From Trueperaceae bacterium (GTDB lineage Bacteria > Deinococcota > Deinococci > Deinococcales > Trueperaceae), in the NCBI GenBank assembly GCA_965213925.1, contig OZ243927.1, positions 192,001 through 256,000 on the forward strand: a DNA stretch of 64,000 nucleotides, read 5' to 3'. The notes beneath the pieces were generated by a model, which saw nothing but the letters and a program-made list of their open reading frames with translations, made no database searches and was not told the origin of the DNA. Made by a program: the position numbers and the translations under genes. Positions 42,075 to 52,892 of the stretch are shown in pieces (the first letter of the stretch is position 1; each line of letters starts with the position of its first letter).

Positions 42075-42949
42075 ATGGCGTCGATGACGCCCTTTCATAA
42101 GCCGTCGTCCTCGGCCAGGGCGAGGTCCCAGGTAAAGCGGCTGCCCAGCTCGAGGCCGTCTAAAATGAGGTCGCCCGGTTTATTTTTGCTTTGGTTCATT
42201 TCTGTTAGGCGAGCGCAAGTTTATACAAGACGGTACGCGTGACTAAATTTTATGCTCGAGACGAATCTGAGACAGAGGAGGATCGCTATCTGCCCCTCCG
42301 AAGGTACCGTGACCCTAGAGCTGACCCCCGGCTTGTCCTTCGCTCGTACGAACCTCTACCTCTCGACAGACGCGAGCGATCCTTTAGCGGCGACGCTCGA
42401 AGCGGTCACGCTCGCCCCCGGCTTAGAGGACATCACGGTAGGTCGCGACGACAACGCCTTCTCCGCCGTCGAGCGCATCTTCGTCTTCACAAACGGTCCG
42501 ACTGGCGGAGACAATCCGCACCGCCAGGGCTTAAATAGCGCGATAGCCGTTTGATTGAAGAGTTTCAGATTTTAGGCTTCGTCGAGCAGGGCTGGATCAC
42601 GGGTCCGGGCGGCGAGCCTTACGGGTCGGTCGGGATTATCGTGAATCGCCCGATCGTCTTCCGCTTCAAGGCTGTTAGCCATTAACTTTTAGCCACTTCG
42701 CTTGCGCCGCATCTTAAAGTTTCGCCTCTTCAGCACGAATACTAAACTAACGGTTTGAGCCCTCCTTTTCGTCTTCGCTTCTGCTAGACTACTTAAGAGG
42801 GCTCCTTCTGTCAGCGCAATGAAGTTTAGAATTTGTGTCTTGCTCTCTTTAGCATTTGCAGGTTTCCTTGACACACCTGTCAAGGAAACCCAAGCGGATG
42901 CGAGTACCAATAGACCAGTGTGTCAATGACTGATGCAAATGCTGCTTAA

Positions 42950-43034
42950 TGCCGAGAAGGGGACTTGAACCCCTACCTCCTCAACGGAGACTAGCCCCTC
43001 AAGCTAGCGCGTCTACCTATTCCGCCACCTCGGC
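42950..43034 (-). tRNA. tRNA-Leu(GAG)
   Basis: GCCGAGG/TCTCGGC acceptor, CTAGC-TTGAGGG-GCTAG anticodon arm, long variable arm, GTTCAAGT T-loop; no encoded CCA. Confidence 0.95.
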
Positions 43035-43327
43035 TTGTTTGCGCACTACAAAGCGCAAAAGCGATAATACTTGCTTTTGCAAGGGCGTGTCAAGCGCGAA
43101 GAGGTCGGATACCCTAAACGTTGCAGGTCTCAAAATCTTTAGAGTCTCAGTCGCTTCTCAAACCTCTTAAAGCGTTCGCTAAAAACGTGGTTTCGACAGA
43201 CGACGCTAAATTGCGACTCAAGACGCTCATGTAATCAGGAATGGTCGCCCGCAGCCGCGATTGAACTCGCCGCAAAAATATGCTAAATTAACGGGCGTCA
43301 CAAAATTCTTGGGAAGGTAACCTTTTT

Positions 43328-44152
43328 ATGACCTCTGTGAGTTATGTAAGGAGCGGTTTGTGGGTCCTTATGGGTACGCTGCTTCTGAGCGGGTGCGGGC
43401 TGCTGCGCCCTTTTGTCGGCAGCCGTTCGGCGTCTTTAGAAATTGCGGGCGACAGCCCGACGCTGGTTGTCGCCCAAGCGAGTGAGAGCGGTTTTGCCGC
43501 GATTGCTGCTTCAGACATCTCGAGCACCTTCGTTGAGAGCATCCCGCAGCCCATTGGCGAGAGCGTTTTTGTCGAGACAGAAAACCGCGACCGGGCCCCC
43601 AGAGGTCTCAAGCCCGTCCGCTTTCAAGAGACGGTCGGTTTCGCGCCCGACGCGACGGTTGCACTTAACCCCGACGCGGTAACGGCGGGCCTGACAACGG
43701 ACGCGCTGCCCGAGCAGCTCATCCTCACCGACGTCACCCTCGTCATCGCTACCTTCGACGGTGCTTACGACGGTCTCGCCTCGCTGCCACCCATCACCGC
43801 ACCTGAAAGTTTCTTTCTGCTTTCGTCCTATAGCAGCGACTTCGAGACGCCGCTCACCCTCGAGAAAGGCACCTGCGAGGACGCGACCTGTACGTACAGC
43901 TTTAGCGACCCTGAGGCGGCGGCTCGCGCGGTCGAGGTGCGTGTAGATAACACTGAACGTGAGGTCGAGGTGGAGGGCGAAACCCTCGTCATCGAGCCCT
44001 TTAATAGCCTTTACGAAATCCGTACGGGCGGTGACGAGACGAATACCAGTAACGTTAACGTGGTGATAAGCGGAGCTGGGCTTGGTGAAGCGTTGGTGGG
44101 CGCAGCCGTCACTTTTGAATTCGTCACGAGCGACGGTAAGACGGTGTTGTAG
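43328..44152 (+). CDS. Hypothetical lipoprotein
   Basis: Lipobox LSGC; 274-aa ORF followed by a terminator. Confidence 0.7.
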   Translation: MTSVSYVRSGLWVLMGTLLLSGCGLLRPFVGSRSASLEIAGDSPTLVVAQASESGFAAIAASDISSTFVESIPQPIGESVFVETENRDRAPRGLKPVRFQETVGFAPDATVALNPDAVTAGLTTDALPEQLILTDVTLVIATFDGAYDGLASLPPITAPESFFLLSSYSSDFETPLTLEKGTCEDATCTYSFSDPEAAARAVEVRVDNTEREVEVEGETLVIEPFNSLYEIRTGGDETNTSNVNVVISGAGLGEALVGAAVTFEFVTSDGKTVL

Positions 44153-44170
44153 TTAAGCGTCACTAGAGGT

Positions 44171-44213
44171 AAAGCAGCTCGAGGCTTTATAGACGGGTCT
44201 CGAGCTGCTTTTT
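44171..44213. terminator. Bidirectional terminator
   Basis: AAAGCAGCTCGAG...CTCGAGCTGCTTTTT between convergent genes. Confidence 0.8.
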
Positions 44214-44232
44214 CACGCCTCGGCTTACAGTA

Positions 44233-45621
44233 CTATTCCACGCCCGCTTTTTCCAACTCCTCGCGCGTCTCGTCGAACTCCTCGCGACCCATCAGCGCGT
44301 AGGTGTACTTTTTGCCAAGTTCGACGCCGGGCTGGTTGTAGGTGTTGACGAAGGTGAGTTCGCCCATCAAGGCCGTTTGCCACTCCAAAAACTGCAGGAG
44401 CATCCCTAGGTGATGCGCGTCGAGCTTGTCTAGCGTGAGCGTGTAGTTGGGCCGTCCGTGGTCCAAAATCGCGTGGGCGGTGGCGGCTTGCTCCGCGTTG
44501 ATAAGTTTGTTGAAGGTCTTCTCCGCTAGGTAGGCTAGCTCGTCGAGCTCGGGCTCCGCGTCGGGGATCGTCTCGGTCTGGTCGAAGGTTCCGACGCGCA
44601 CGAACGTGAAGAGCTTGTTGTTTGGACCCTCGTTAAAAAGCTGAACCTGCGAGTGCTGGTCGGTCGCCCCTAGCGCCGCTAGGGGCGTGCTGCCCTCATG
44701 AACCAAGCTGCCGTTGCGGTCCTCGGACTTGCCCAAAGACTCCGCCCAGAGCTGCACGAACCAGTCTGAGAGGTAGCGTAAGCGGGTGCTGTAGGGCATC
44801 AAGACGCTGATGGGCTTGCCGCGGCGATACGCCAAGTATTGGATGATAGCGGCTTGCTTGATAGGGTTGTCGGCAATCGGCTTCGACACCATCTCGTTCG
44901 CTTCAGCGGCACCTTGTAAAAGTCCGCGCACGTCGAGACCGGCTAGCGCAATGGGTAAAAGCCCTACCGCTGAAAGGACGCTAAAGCGTCCACCAACCGA
45001 GGGAGGTACGACGAACGTCGTGTAGCCTTCACGTTCGGCGAGAGGGCGCAAGATGCCTGTCTCGGGGTCAGTGGTGGCGATGATCTGATTTTTGTAGGCG
45101 TCACCCACGCCCTCTTTGAGCCACGCCTTAAACGCCAAATACGCCGCCATCGTCTCCGCGGTTGTGCCCGACTTGCTGATGACGTTGACGAGTGTGGTTA
45201 CAGGGTTTAAGACCTCTAAGAGCCCATGCACCGCGTCCGGGTCTACGTTGTCGACAAAGTGGACGCGCAGCCCGTCGCCGTTCTCCTGCATGTTCCGGTA
45301 AGGATGCTGGAGCGCGTTGATCACCGTGATGCCGCCCAAGCTCGAGCCTCCGATCCCCAACACCGCCAGGTCCGTATACTTCGTATCGACGTTCTCGGCG
45401 TACTCTAAAATCCGCTCGACTTCTCCGGAGGTCGATTCAGGGCCGCCACTGGGCAGGTCGATCCAGCCGAGCATCTCGTCCGGGTTGTCCTTTTTGCCCA
45501 CGAGATTGTTGACGAAATTATCTACTGTCTCGCTCCACGCGCCGAATTCGCGCTCTAAGTCCAAGCCGTGCGTGTCCCCTAAGCGTTCGCTGCTTACGTT
45601 TTTGGTGTCTATTTTTATCAT
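44233..45621 (-). CDS. pgi: Glucose-6-phosphate isomerase
   Basis: GIGGSSLG, SKSGTTAET, VGGRFSVLS, QLWAESLGK, QPGVELGK. Confidence 0.97.
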   Translation of the reverse strand: MIKIDTKNVSSERLGDTHGLDLEREFGAWSETVDNFVNNLVGKKDNPDEMLGWIDLPSGGPESTSGEVERILEYAENVDTKYTDLAVLGIGGSSLGGITVINALQHPYRNMQENGDGLRVHFVDNVDPDAVHGLLEVLNPVTTLVNVISKSGTTAETMAAYLAFKAWLKEGVGDAYKNQIIATTDPETGILRPLAEREGYTTFVVPPSVGGRFSVLSAVGLLPIALAGLDVRGLLQGAAEANEMVSKPIADNPIKQAAIIQYLAYRRGKPISVLMPYSTRLRYLSDWFVQLWAESLGKSEDRNGSLVHEGSTPLAALGATDQHSQVQLFNEGPNNKLFTFVRVGTFDQTETIPDAEPELDELAYLAEKTFNKLINAEQAATAHAILDHGRPNYTLTLDKLDAHHLGMLLQFLEWQTALMGELTFVNTYNQPGVELGKKYTYALMGREEFDETREELEKAGVE

Positions 45622-46126
45622 GAAGGCACTCTACTACAAACCCTTCGAGGGGGTGTTGTCTCGAGTTTGACGAACCGCCAAGCTCAAAGCTGTGTGCCTC
45701 GTAGCTGTTGGGCGAATATCCCCAATCCCACTCATTGAAAATTACCTCCCCAATTTCGTCAGGCGACCGGCGCATGACATCTTTGGTTTCGAATTCGTTT
45801 AACGCTGTTAGAAGCTCCGAAGTGGGTTCTTTCATAAACGCTTGATTGAGATAAGCTGCTGAGAGAGGTTGAAGCTCGGTGATCTGCGCAGACTGCTCTG
45901 CTAACTGCGGCACATCAACTTCCAGACCGACCTCGTTAAGACGAGCCCCTACGTCGCCCGGCGTGTCCGCGCGTGCCTGTCGGCGGCCCTCACCCAAACG
46001 GTGCAGTGGCGGCTCTTAGCTCACCCTCTATACGCGCTTCTACGCTCTGGCGCTCGGCTGTGGGCTGCGCCGCGTTGAGCGAGCCATAACCCATTAGACC
46101 ACACCTAGTAATGGAAAGCCCAATAG

Positions 46127-46162
46127 ATAGAGACCCCACTCAAAAGTGAGTGGGGTCTCTAT
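46127..46162. terminator. Strong hairpin downstream of the tRNA-Arg 3' fragment
   Basis: 16-bp perfect stem ATAGAGACCCCACTCA/TGAGTGGGGTCTCTAT. Confidence 0.75.
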
Positions 46163-46189
46163 GGACCGTCTCTGACGTTCTTTTCGTAA

Positions 46190-46232
46190 TGCGCCCGAGA
46201 AGATTCGAACTCCTGGCCTTCTGATCCGTAGT
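46190..46232 (-). mobile_element. 3' half of tRNA-Arg(ACG); probable att site of an integrative element
   Basis: ACTACGGATCAGAAGGCCAGGAGTTCGAATCTTCTCGGGCGCA: anticodon loop, T-arm and acceptor 3' strand; 5' half absent. Confidence 0.85.
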
Positions 46233-46504
46233 TACTCGCAGGCTGTGATTAGGTTCAGTAAGGGCTTTGAAATTTGCGTCCGAGAGGCATGTCCTGTCCG
46301 TGCGCCTCTTAAAGTCTCCACAAGTTTACCAAGCTTGCGGGGGGAGCGCGGGGGGAAACTGATCGCCGGCTGCCCGACGCTAGCCGTGTACCGGCAGACC
46401 TGCCGGGCTGAGCGACCGTGCTCCCAAAGTGCGGCCGACTTCTCACCAAACGCATACCTCCCGCAGGACGGCATTGAGCGGCCACACCTGGCCGCCGTGC
46501 CCCG

Positions 46505-47215
46505 TTAGGCGAAATGCCTGCCCTCGAGCCTGTAGCGGGGGTGGGCGGCGATGCTCCTGTGGTCCGCCTCCCCGAAGGCCAGCGCGTCCCCGCCCGGGTC
46601 CCCGGCCGTCACCCGCCGCCGGTGCTCGCTGAGCGCGACGTATGCCCGGAGGCCGCGCAGGATTTCGCGCCTGACTCCCTTCTCTTTGAGAGTGAGCGCC
46701 CCGCCCTGCGGCCGCTTGTAGTTGCGGCGCGGCAGTGCCAGCCGGTCGAGCGTCGTGGCGGGGCAGGCCTCGACCACCACGCGCGACGCCGTGGGCAGGC
46801 ACCGATATCGGAAGGGCAGGACGGCGGTGCCCGGCGTCCGCAGGAGCGGGGCCAGCACGTCGCGCATGCCGAAGAAGGTCTGGTAGATGACCCGGTAGTG
46901 GTAGGGGTCGTGGGGCGCCCTGTGCTCCAGGTCGGTCAGCCGCCGCAGGTGCTTGCGCCCGAAGCCCTCCTCGGACCTGCGCACCAGCTCGAGCCCCAAA
47001 CCGTAGGCGTCGTCGCCCCACCCTTCTACCAGCTCGAGCTGCTCGCCCCACGCCCCGGCGACCTCCAGCGGGAAGCCGAAGGGGAAGCCCAGCCCCCAGA
47101 GGCAGCCGCCGGAGAAGGCGATCATGCCGGTGAGGTACCCGAGGGCCGGGGCGCGCTCCGCCGAGCCGCACAGCCTCCGGAGCGGCCTCAACATCGTCAA
47201 GGCGAATGGCGGCCC
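46505..47215 (-). pseudogene. DUF429-like protein lacking its N-terminus
   Basis: GFPFGFP, RRLTD, VVEACPA, GGDAL; very high GC. Confidence 0.5.
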
Positions 47216-47965
47216 TCCCCCCGAGGAGGGCTCGAGCCTAGACGTGCGCAGCGCCCGCGCGAGCGACCAGAGCCCAGCAGCAGCGGGTACATCTTCGTCG
47301 TTGACGATAACCGCGATGTAAACGTCGTCTTCGACTAGATACGCGACGACTGCATTGAATCCGACGATGCCACCACTATGCTCGAGCATGAGCCCCGGAC
47401 CTGCCTCTTCGCCGGGCGTGTCGGTCAGTTGAACGCCGCGTCCATAGTACGTCTGGGTGCCGAGCGGGGCTGGAATCAGCGGCTGCATTGGGTACATCTG
47501 CGCGAACGCGGCGTGGACGACATCTACAGGCAGCACCTCACCCGCGAGGAGCGCGTGCCAAAAGGTGACGAGGTCTTCGGCTGTCGAGGCGAGCGCCCCG
47601 GCAGTGTAGGGGGTTGCGTAATCGAGAGGTGTGTCGAGCAGCGTGTCACTAGGTACGCCGCTAGCGTGTCCCGTCACGACGGTGGGCAGTTCAATGCCTG
47701 GCTCCCGCATACGGGTGTGTTCCAACGCGAGCGGGCCCAAGATGCGTTCGGCAAGCACCTCGCGAAAGGGCTCTGCCCCTCGACACGCTCCACGATGCGC
47801 CCAAGCATGACGTAGCCGGTGTTGGAGTACGACCAGTAGGTGCCGGGACAGAAGAGGGGCGCGTAGTCAGCAGCGGTATATATGAGCGCTTCAGGTGTAC
47901 GGTAGCCTAAGCCGAGGCTGCGCCCGTCCGGAAGTGCATTGAAGCTGACCAGACCGCTCGTGTGC
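47216..47965 (-). pseudogene. Serine hydrolase (class C beta-lactamase family) fragment, frameshifted
   Basis: HTSGL, YSNTGYVMLG, AGALASTAEDL, HSGG; SxxK region missing. Confidence 0.8.
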
Positions 47966-48443
47966 TCGACTCCGCGTCCGAATACTCCACCGGACGCTGT
48001 CCAAAGGACGCGCCGCTGCCCCGCGCGTCCACTAGCACGAGCGCGTATTCCTGGTTGTTCCAGAAAGAAGCTTCGCTCAGGTTGGGAACCGTCTCTTTGT
48101 CTAAAGCGGTGAGCAAACGCTGGAGCGGACCTAGCGCATGAGCACGCCAATAGCGGGTCGTTTTGATGAGCGCAGGTATTCGCTCATCAGCTTGCAAGTC
48201 GGCGGGCAGCCACACGTCGGCGGCGAGCCGCGTTCCGCCCCACACCGTGAGATAGTGCGAGCTGTTGCGCGTGTAACCAGCGGGAACGCGCTCGCTGCCC
48301 CGCAACGGTCGGGTCGTCAAATAGAGGGCGGCGAGCGCCGCGCCGAGGACGCCTACCCCGCACATCCCCAAACCGATGAGGCGCACGCGCTTTCGCCTCG
48401 AGCCCGAGTCACGTCTTGACTTGATATTTCGAATCACCTTCAT
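47966..48443 (-). pseudogene. CocE/NonD family hydrolase N-terminal fragment
   Basis: GTRLAADVWLP, TRYWR, VDARGSGASFG. Confidence 0.8.
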
Positions 48444-48487
48444 CCTTTCGTCTGCCCCTAATAAGCATTCGGGTAGAGTAAGGTGAG

Positions 48488-49148
48488 ATGCAAGCGCCTC
48501 CCTCACCCGAGCACGTTCATGTCGTCGCGGACGAAGCTGCTGCGCAGGTCCTTCTCGGTGCCGAAGCGCGGCGCTGGTTCGCCCCTTTTTTAGCGCGAAC
48601 CTCTTCGGTGAGCGCCGCCGCCAAGCTGTTAGGGGAGAAGCCGAACTCGGTGCTCTACCGCGTTAAGCGGTGGCGCGAACTCGGTCTACTCGAGGTGCAG
48701 CGTGAAGAAGCGCGTAGAGGGCGCACGCTCAAGCTCTACCGCTCAGTCGCGGACGCCTTTTTCGTTCCTCACGGGGTAAGTTCAAGTGAGACCTTGGTCG
48801 AACTACTGCACCACACCAACGCGCCTTATCTCGACACGCTTTACCGCGGTCTCGTGAGCGCTGCGCGCACGTTGTCGCCCGACTGGGGCGTTCAGGTGTT
48901 TCGCTCGGGCACAGAGGTGAAGATAGGTGCAGCTTTCAGCGCCAGGCAAAGTTTACGACCCGTGGGACAGCCGGAGTCCCGCTGCGCTCGAGCAGTTCAC
49001 TCACCTTCAGCTCGACTTCGAGGACGCAAAAGCGTTTCAGCTCGAGCTTCTCGCTCTTTTGGAGAAGTATGGACAAAAGCGAGGTGCTCAGCGCTATTTA
49101 AGCTACTTAGCGCTGGCACCGCTGGAGCGATCAAATGAGGCGGTATAG
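48488..49148 (+). pseudogene. Winged-helix (ArsR-like) regulator, frameshifted near 48950
   Basis: SVSAAAKLLG..VLYRVKRW..LGLL; C-terminus LQLDFEDAKAFQLELLALL in a second frame. Confidence 0.65.
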
Positions 49149-49178
49149 GTGTGCTGTTTGGCTGTTGGTGTGATTCGC

Positions 49179-49210
49179 TTCTGCGTGAGACGCACGCGTC
49201 TGGGGCACAG
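49179..49210. repeat. 32-bp site family, copy S8
   Basis: TTCTGCGTGAGAC GCACGC GTCTGGGGCACAG. Confidence 0.8.
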
Positions 49211-49296
49211 TGGCTCCTCGTCGCGCGACGACCGCCCGCAATAGGGCTGCGCGTGTGCCTCCGCCTCACTCTTCTCGCGGTGTCCGAAGCTGGCGG

Positions 49297-50448
49297 CTAG
49301 TTCGACCTTCTTACAAGACTTCCGCTCGGGGTCCGCAGGAGCGCCTCGCCCACCTCCTCGCAGCAACCGCTCTTACCGCTCACCTTAGCTCGGTACATCG
49401 CCCGGTCCGCTTTGACTAGCAGACCCTCGGCGCTTGTCCCGTCCTGTGGGTAGAGGCTCACGCCGACGCTCGCCGTGACGCTCGCGACGACCCCAGGAAG
49501 TTCGAAGGGATCGGTGAGCGCCTTTAAGATCTCCCGGGCTACCTCCCCCGCGTCCTCTTTGTGCCTCAAACCGGGCAGCACCACCGCGAACTCGTCACCG
49601 CCCAAACGCGCGAGCGTGTCCTCCCGTCTCACGCAGTTCTTTAGACGCGCCGCCACCGCCACCAAGAGTGCGTCGCCCGCGTGGTGCCCCCAGCGGTCGT
49701 TGATCGCCTTGAAGTCGTTCAGGTCGATGAACAACACGCCTATGGGACCGCTCGAGTGCCCCAGGGCGCGCTCGAGCGTCTCGTTCAGGTGCCGACGGTT
49801 GGGCAGCTCGGTCAGCGCGTCTATATAGGCGTAGCGCGCCAGGGACTCCGCCCGGAGCCGCTCCTCAGCCTGCCGCTCGAGAAAGGTGGCGAAGGCGTAG
49901 AGCCCGGCGAGGTAGGCGAGGCTAGCGAGGTAGAAGTCGCCTAACAGATAGCGCCCGCCGAAGAGCGCGTCCTCAGGTGGGTAGAGGAGAAAGTACGGGA
50001 GGCTCAGGAGCAGGGTGCTCAGGTAGAACGCAAACGAGGCGGCGAGACCGCGGCGCTTGCCCAGCGCCAGGAATGACCAGAGGTAGATGAGCGGTCCCCA
50101 AAGTCTGAAGATGTTTATGAACTCCTCTCTTACCCCCACTTCACCTGACACGTAGAGCGTGTGCGTTAGGATAAGCGCGTAACCGAGCGTTATGGCGAGG
50201 GTGACGCCGCGCTCGACCGTCCTGAGGCTAGGGGGGTGATACCAGAGCCGCGCCGTGAAGCCCGCTAGGGTGAGGAGCAGGAGCGGTGACAGCACCCGGT
50301 CGAAGAAGTAACCCTCGGTAAAGAGCAGGAGGCTCGTAAGCCCCGCGAGCACGAGCACGCTGAGCAGAACCAGATAGAAGCGGCACTTGAGAAGCTCGCC
50401 CGGGGAGAGAGAAGTGCCTGCGGGGACACGGAGGGAAGGAAAAGCCAT
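49297..50448 (-). CDS. Membrane-bound diguanylate cyclase
   Basis: About 6 TM helices; DALTELPNR, RRED I-site, RLGGDEF. Confidence 0.9.
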   Translation of the reverse strand: MAFPSLRVPAGTSLSPGELLKCRFYLVLLSVLVLAGLTSLLLFTEGYFFDRVLSPLLLLTLAGFTARLWYHPPSLRTVERGVTLAITLGYALILTHTLYVSGEVGVREEFINIFRLWGPLIYLWSFLALGKRRGLAASFAFYLSTLLLSLPYFLLYPPEDALFGGRYLLGDFYLASLAYLAGLYAFATFLERQAEERLRAESLARYAYIDALTELPNRRHLNETLERALGHSSGPIGVLFIDLNDFKAINDRWGHHAGDALLVAVAARLKNCVRREDTLARLGGDEFAVVLPGLRHKEDAGEVAREILKALTDPFELPGVVASVTASVGVSLYPQDGTSAEGLLVKADRAMYRAKVSGKSGCCEEVGEALLRTPSGSLVRRSN

Positions 50449-50635
50449 GCATCAGCCTAGACGACGCGCTATGACAAGACTCTTACACCGGGTTCGGCTT
50501 AGCACGACGCTCTAAGTCGGGGAGCCCAGCATACGTACCGGGCGCGTCGGATGGAGAACAGGCGCTGAGATCGAAGCGAGCGGACTCTCTACGAACCGCG
50601 TTCTACCGTACGGATACACGTCAAGTGGATGTGTG

Positions 50636-50668
50636 CTGTGCGACAAACGCATGCTGTTAGTTGCAGAA
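50636..50668. repeat. 32-bp site family, copy S9 (one extra base)
   Basis: CTGTGCGACAAAC GCATGC(T) GTTAGTTGCAGAA. Confidence 0.7.
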
Positions 50669-50868
50669 GGGTGTGCACTTTATGGTCTATCCATAAGTTC
50701 GGATGTCAGCCAAGGCTGAAGTGCGACGCTACCGCACATGGCGCTCCCCCGCGGGCCTGACTACGCTCGAGGCGAAGACGTGAGGGCGGCTGAGTAGGCT
50801 CAGCTGTCAGTCGAACGTGTGTTTGTGCGGAAAGGTTATCTGAGTCACCGAAGGACTAGGATAGGCCT

Positions 50869-52686
50869 ATGAAAAGACCATCCGCAGACGTATGGCGAGA
50901 AGCGAAGGACCTCCTATGGCGCTACCGGCGAGGCCTAGGTATCGGCTTCGCCCTGATGATCGTGAACCGTCTGGCAGGCTTCGTCCTGCCCGGCAGTTCA
51001 AAGTTCCTGATCGACAACGTGATCGGCCAGGGGCAGGCGGGGCTTCTTCTGCCTCTGGTGCTCGCAGTAGGTGCGGCGACCGTGATCCAAGCGGTGACGA
51101 CCTTCTCGCTCTCACAGGTGGTGAGCGTGGCGGCGCAGGGCGCAATCATGGAGATGCGCCGCCGCGTACAGGAGCAGGTTACCCGGCTGCCCGTCCGCTT
51201 CTTCGACGACACTCCGTCGGGCGTTCTCATCTCGCGCATCATGACGGACGCCGAGGGGGTCCGCAACCTCATCGGCACGGGTATCATCCAGCTCGTGGGG
51301 GGCGTTCTAACCGCAACCCTGGCGCTCGGCGTGCTCTTCTATCTCAACTGGCTCCTCACCGCGGCCATCCTCGTCTTCTTGCTGCTCTTCGGTGGAGCGA
51401 TGGCACTGGCTTTCTCGCGTCTGCGCCCCATTTTCCGCGAGCGCGGGCAGATCAATGCGGAGGTCACAGGTAGGCTAGCTGAGACCCTGGGCGGCATCCG
51501 CGTGGTCAAGGCCTACCGGATGGAGGCGCGCGAGCAGCGGGTCTTCGGCGAGGGGGTGGCGCGGCTCTTCGCCAACGTCAAACGCTCGATCACCGGCACC
51601 TCGGCCGTCACCGCCTTCGCGACCGTGATCGTCGGCGCGGTCGGCGTGCTGATGATCCTCTTCGGCGGGCGGGCCATCCTCTCAGGCGCGATGACGCTGG
51701 GTGACCTGGTGATGTACGCAGCCTTCGTCGGCATCCTGGCCGCGCCCGTCGTCCAGATCGCCGCCATCGGCACCCAGGTGAGCGAGGCGTTCGCGGGGCT
51801 CGACCGCATCCGCGAGCTTATGAGCATGAGCACCGAGGAGGACGAGGACGAGGGGCGTGAGCCGCTGCCTCGGGTGGAGGGGGAGGTAGTCTTCGAGGAC
51901 GTCCGCTTCGCCTACGACCCGGGCGTGCCCGTCCTCAAAGGGGTCTCGTTGCGCGCGCCCGCCGGAACGACCACCGCGCTGGTGGGCTCCTCGGGCTCAG
52001 GCAAGAGCACCCTGGTGAGCCTCATCATGGCCTTTAACCGCCCCGACGAGGGGCGTGTCACCGTGGACGGGCGCGACCTCGCCCGCGTCAAGCTGGGTGA
52101 CTACCGCACGCAGCTGGGCGTGGTGCTGCAAGAAAATTTCCTCTTCGGCGGCACGGTGGCCGACAACATCCGCTTCGCCCGCCCCGACGCGACCCCGGAG
52201 GAGGTCGAGACGGCGAGCCGCCTCGCCAACGCCGACGTGTTCATCCGTGCCTTTCCGGACGGTTACGACACGGTCGTCGGCGAGCGCGGCGTGAAGCTCT
52301 CGGGCGGGCAGCGGCAGCGCGTCGCCATCGCCCGGGCGCTCCTGGCCGACCCACGAATCCTGATCCTGGACGAGGCGACGAGCAGCTTAGACAGCGAGAG
52401 CGAGGCGCTCATCCAAGAGGGGCTGCAGCAGCTCAAGCAGGGCCGCACCTCGTTTGTAATCGCGCATAGGCTCTCCACGATCCGCAGCGCCGACCAGATC
52501 CTGGTATTGGAAGCCGGCGAGGTCATCGAGCGGGGCACCCATGCGGAACTTTACGCCAAGAACGGGCGCTACCGCGAGCTACACGAGCGGCAGAACGCCT
52601 GGGAGGGGAACGCCTTCGTCAACCCCGGCGAGGACTACTTGCCAGCAGTCGGAACCCGAGCTAAACCTTCTAGCTCGCCGCGCTGA
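50869..52686 (+). CDS. ABC exporter, fused TMD-NBD (MsbA/MdlB-like)
   Basis: GSSGSGKS, LSGGQRQR, ILDEATS, IAHRLST. Confidence 0.95.
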   Translation: MKRPSADVWREAKDLLWRYRRGLGIGFALMIVNRLAGFVLPGSSKFLIDNVIGQGQAGLLLPLVLAVGAATVIQAVTTFSLSQVVSVAAQGAIMEMRRRVQEQVTRLPVRFFDDTPSGVLISRIMTDAEGVRNLIGTGIIQLVGGVLTATLALGVLFYLNWLLTAAILVFLLLFGGAMALAFSRLRPIFRERGQINAEVTGRLAETLGGIRVVKAYRMEAREQRVFGEGVARLFANVKRSITGTSAVTAFATVIVGAVGVLMILFGGRAILSGAMTLGDLVMYAAFVGILAAPVVQIAAIGTQVSEAFAGLDRIRELMSMSTEEDEDEGREPLPRVEGEVVFEDVRFAYDPGVPVLKGVSLRAPAGTTTALVGSSGSGKSTLVSLIMAFNRPDEGRVTVDGRDLARVKLGDYRTQLGVVLQENFLFGGTVADNIRFARPDATPEEVETASRLANADVFIRAFPDGYDTVVGERGVKLSGGQRQRVAIARALLADPRILILDEATSSLDSESEALIQEGLQQLKQGRTSFVIAHRLSTIRSADQILVLEAGEVIERGTHAELYAKNGRYRELHERQNAWEGNAFVNPGEDYLPAVGTRAKPSSSPR

Positions 52687-52718
52687 GGCGGTTGTGGTTT
52701 GCGTAAGCAAGACGACCT

Positions 52719-52750
52719 TTATGCAACTAACGCGTGCGTCTCGCGCAGAA
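52719..52750. repeat. 32-bp site family, copy S10
   Basis: TTATGCAACTAAC GCGTGC GTCTCGCGCAGAA. Confidence 0.8.
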
Positions 52751-52892
52751 GCCCTCACACATCTGCCACTTGGTCAGCTGTAGGACAGCGAGGCGAGCAA
52801 AGTAGCATTGAATAAGCGCGCAGTGCTACATTGCGGTATTAGAATTGCACACGTTCTAACTCTGGGTCGATAGCCTCATAAGGGAGCGCATC

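Noticed and set aside
42020..42910. Short ORFs between the response regulator and tRNA-Leu
   Set aside because: Look like remnants but cannot be assigned to a family.
45518..45997. 159-aa minus-strand ORF upstream of pgi
   Set aside because: Overlaps the pgi start, has no good start and no recognisable family; possibly a remnant.
46190..46232. Intron-split or functional tRNA-Arg
   Set aside because: No 5' exon or group I intron signature found; an att fragment is the simpler explanation.
50804..50835. Possible additional 32-bp site
   Set aside because: Arms and spacer too divergent to support.
52774..52805. TCAGC-TGTAGGAC as the second Tn7 end
   Set aside because: Duplication mismatch and no AAAGTYCTRGACT repeats.
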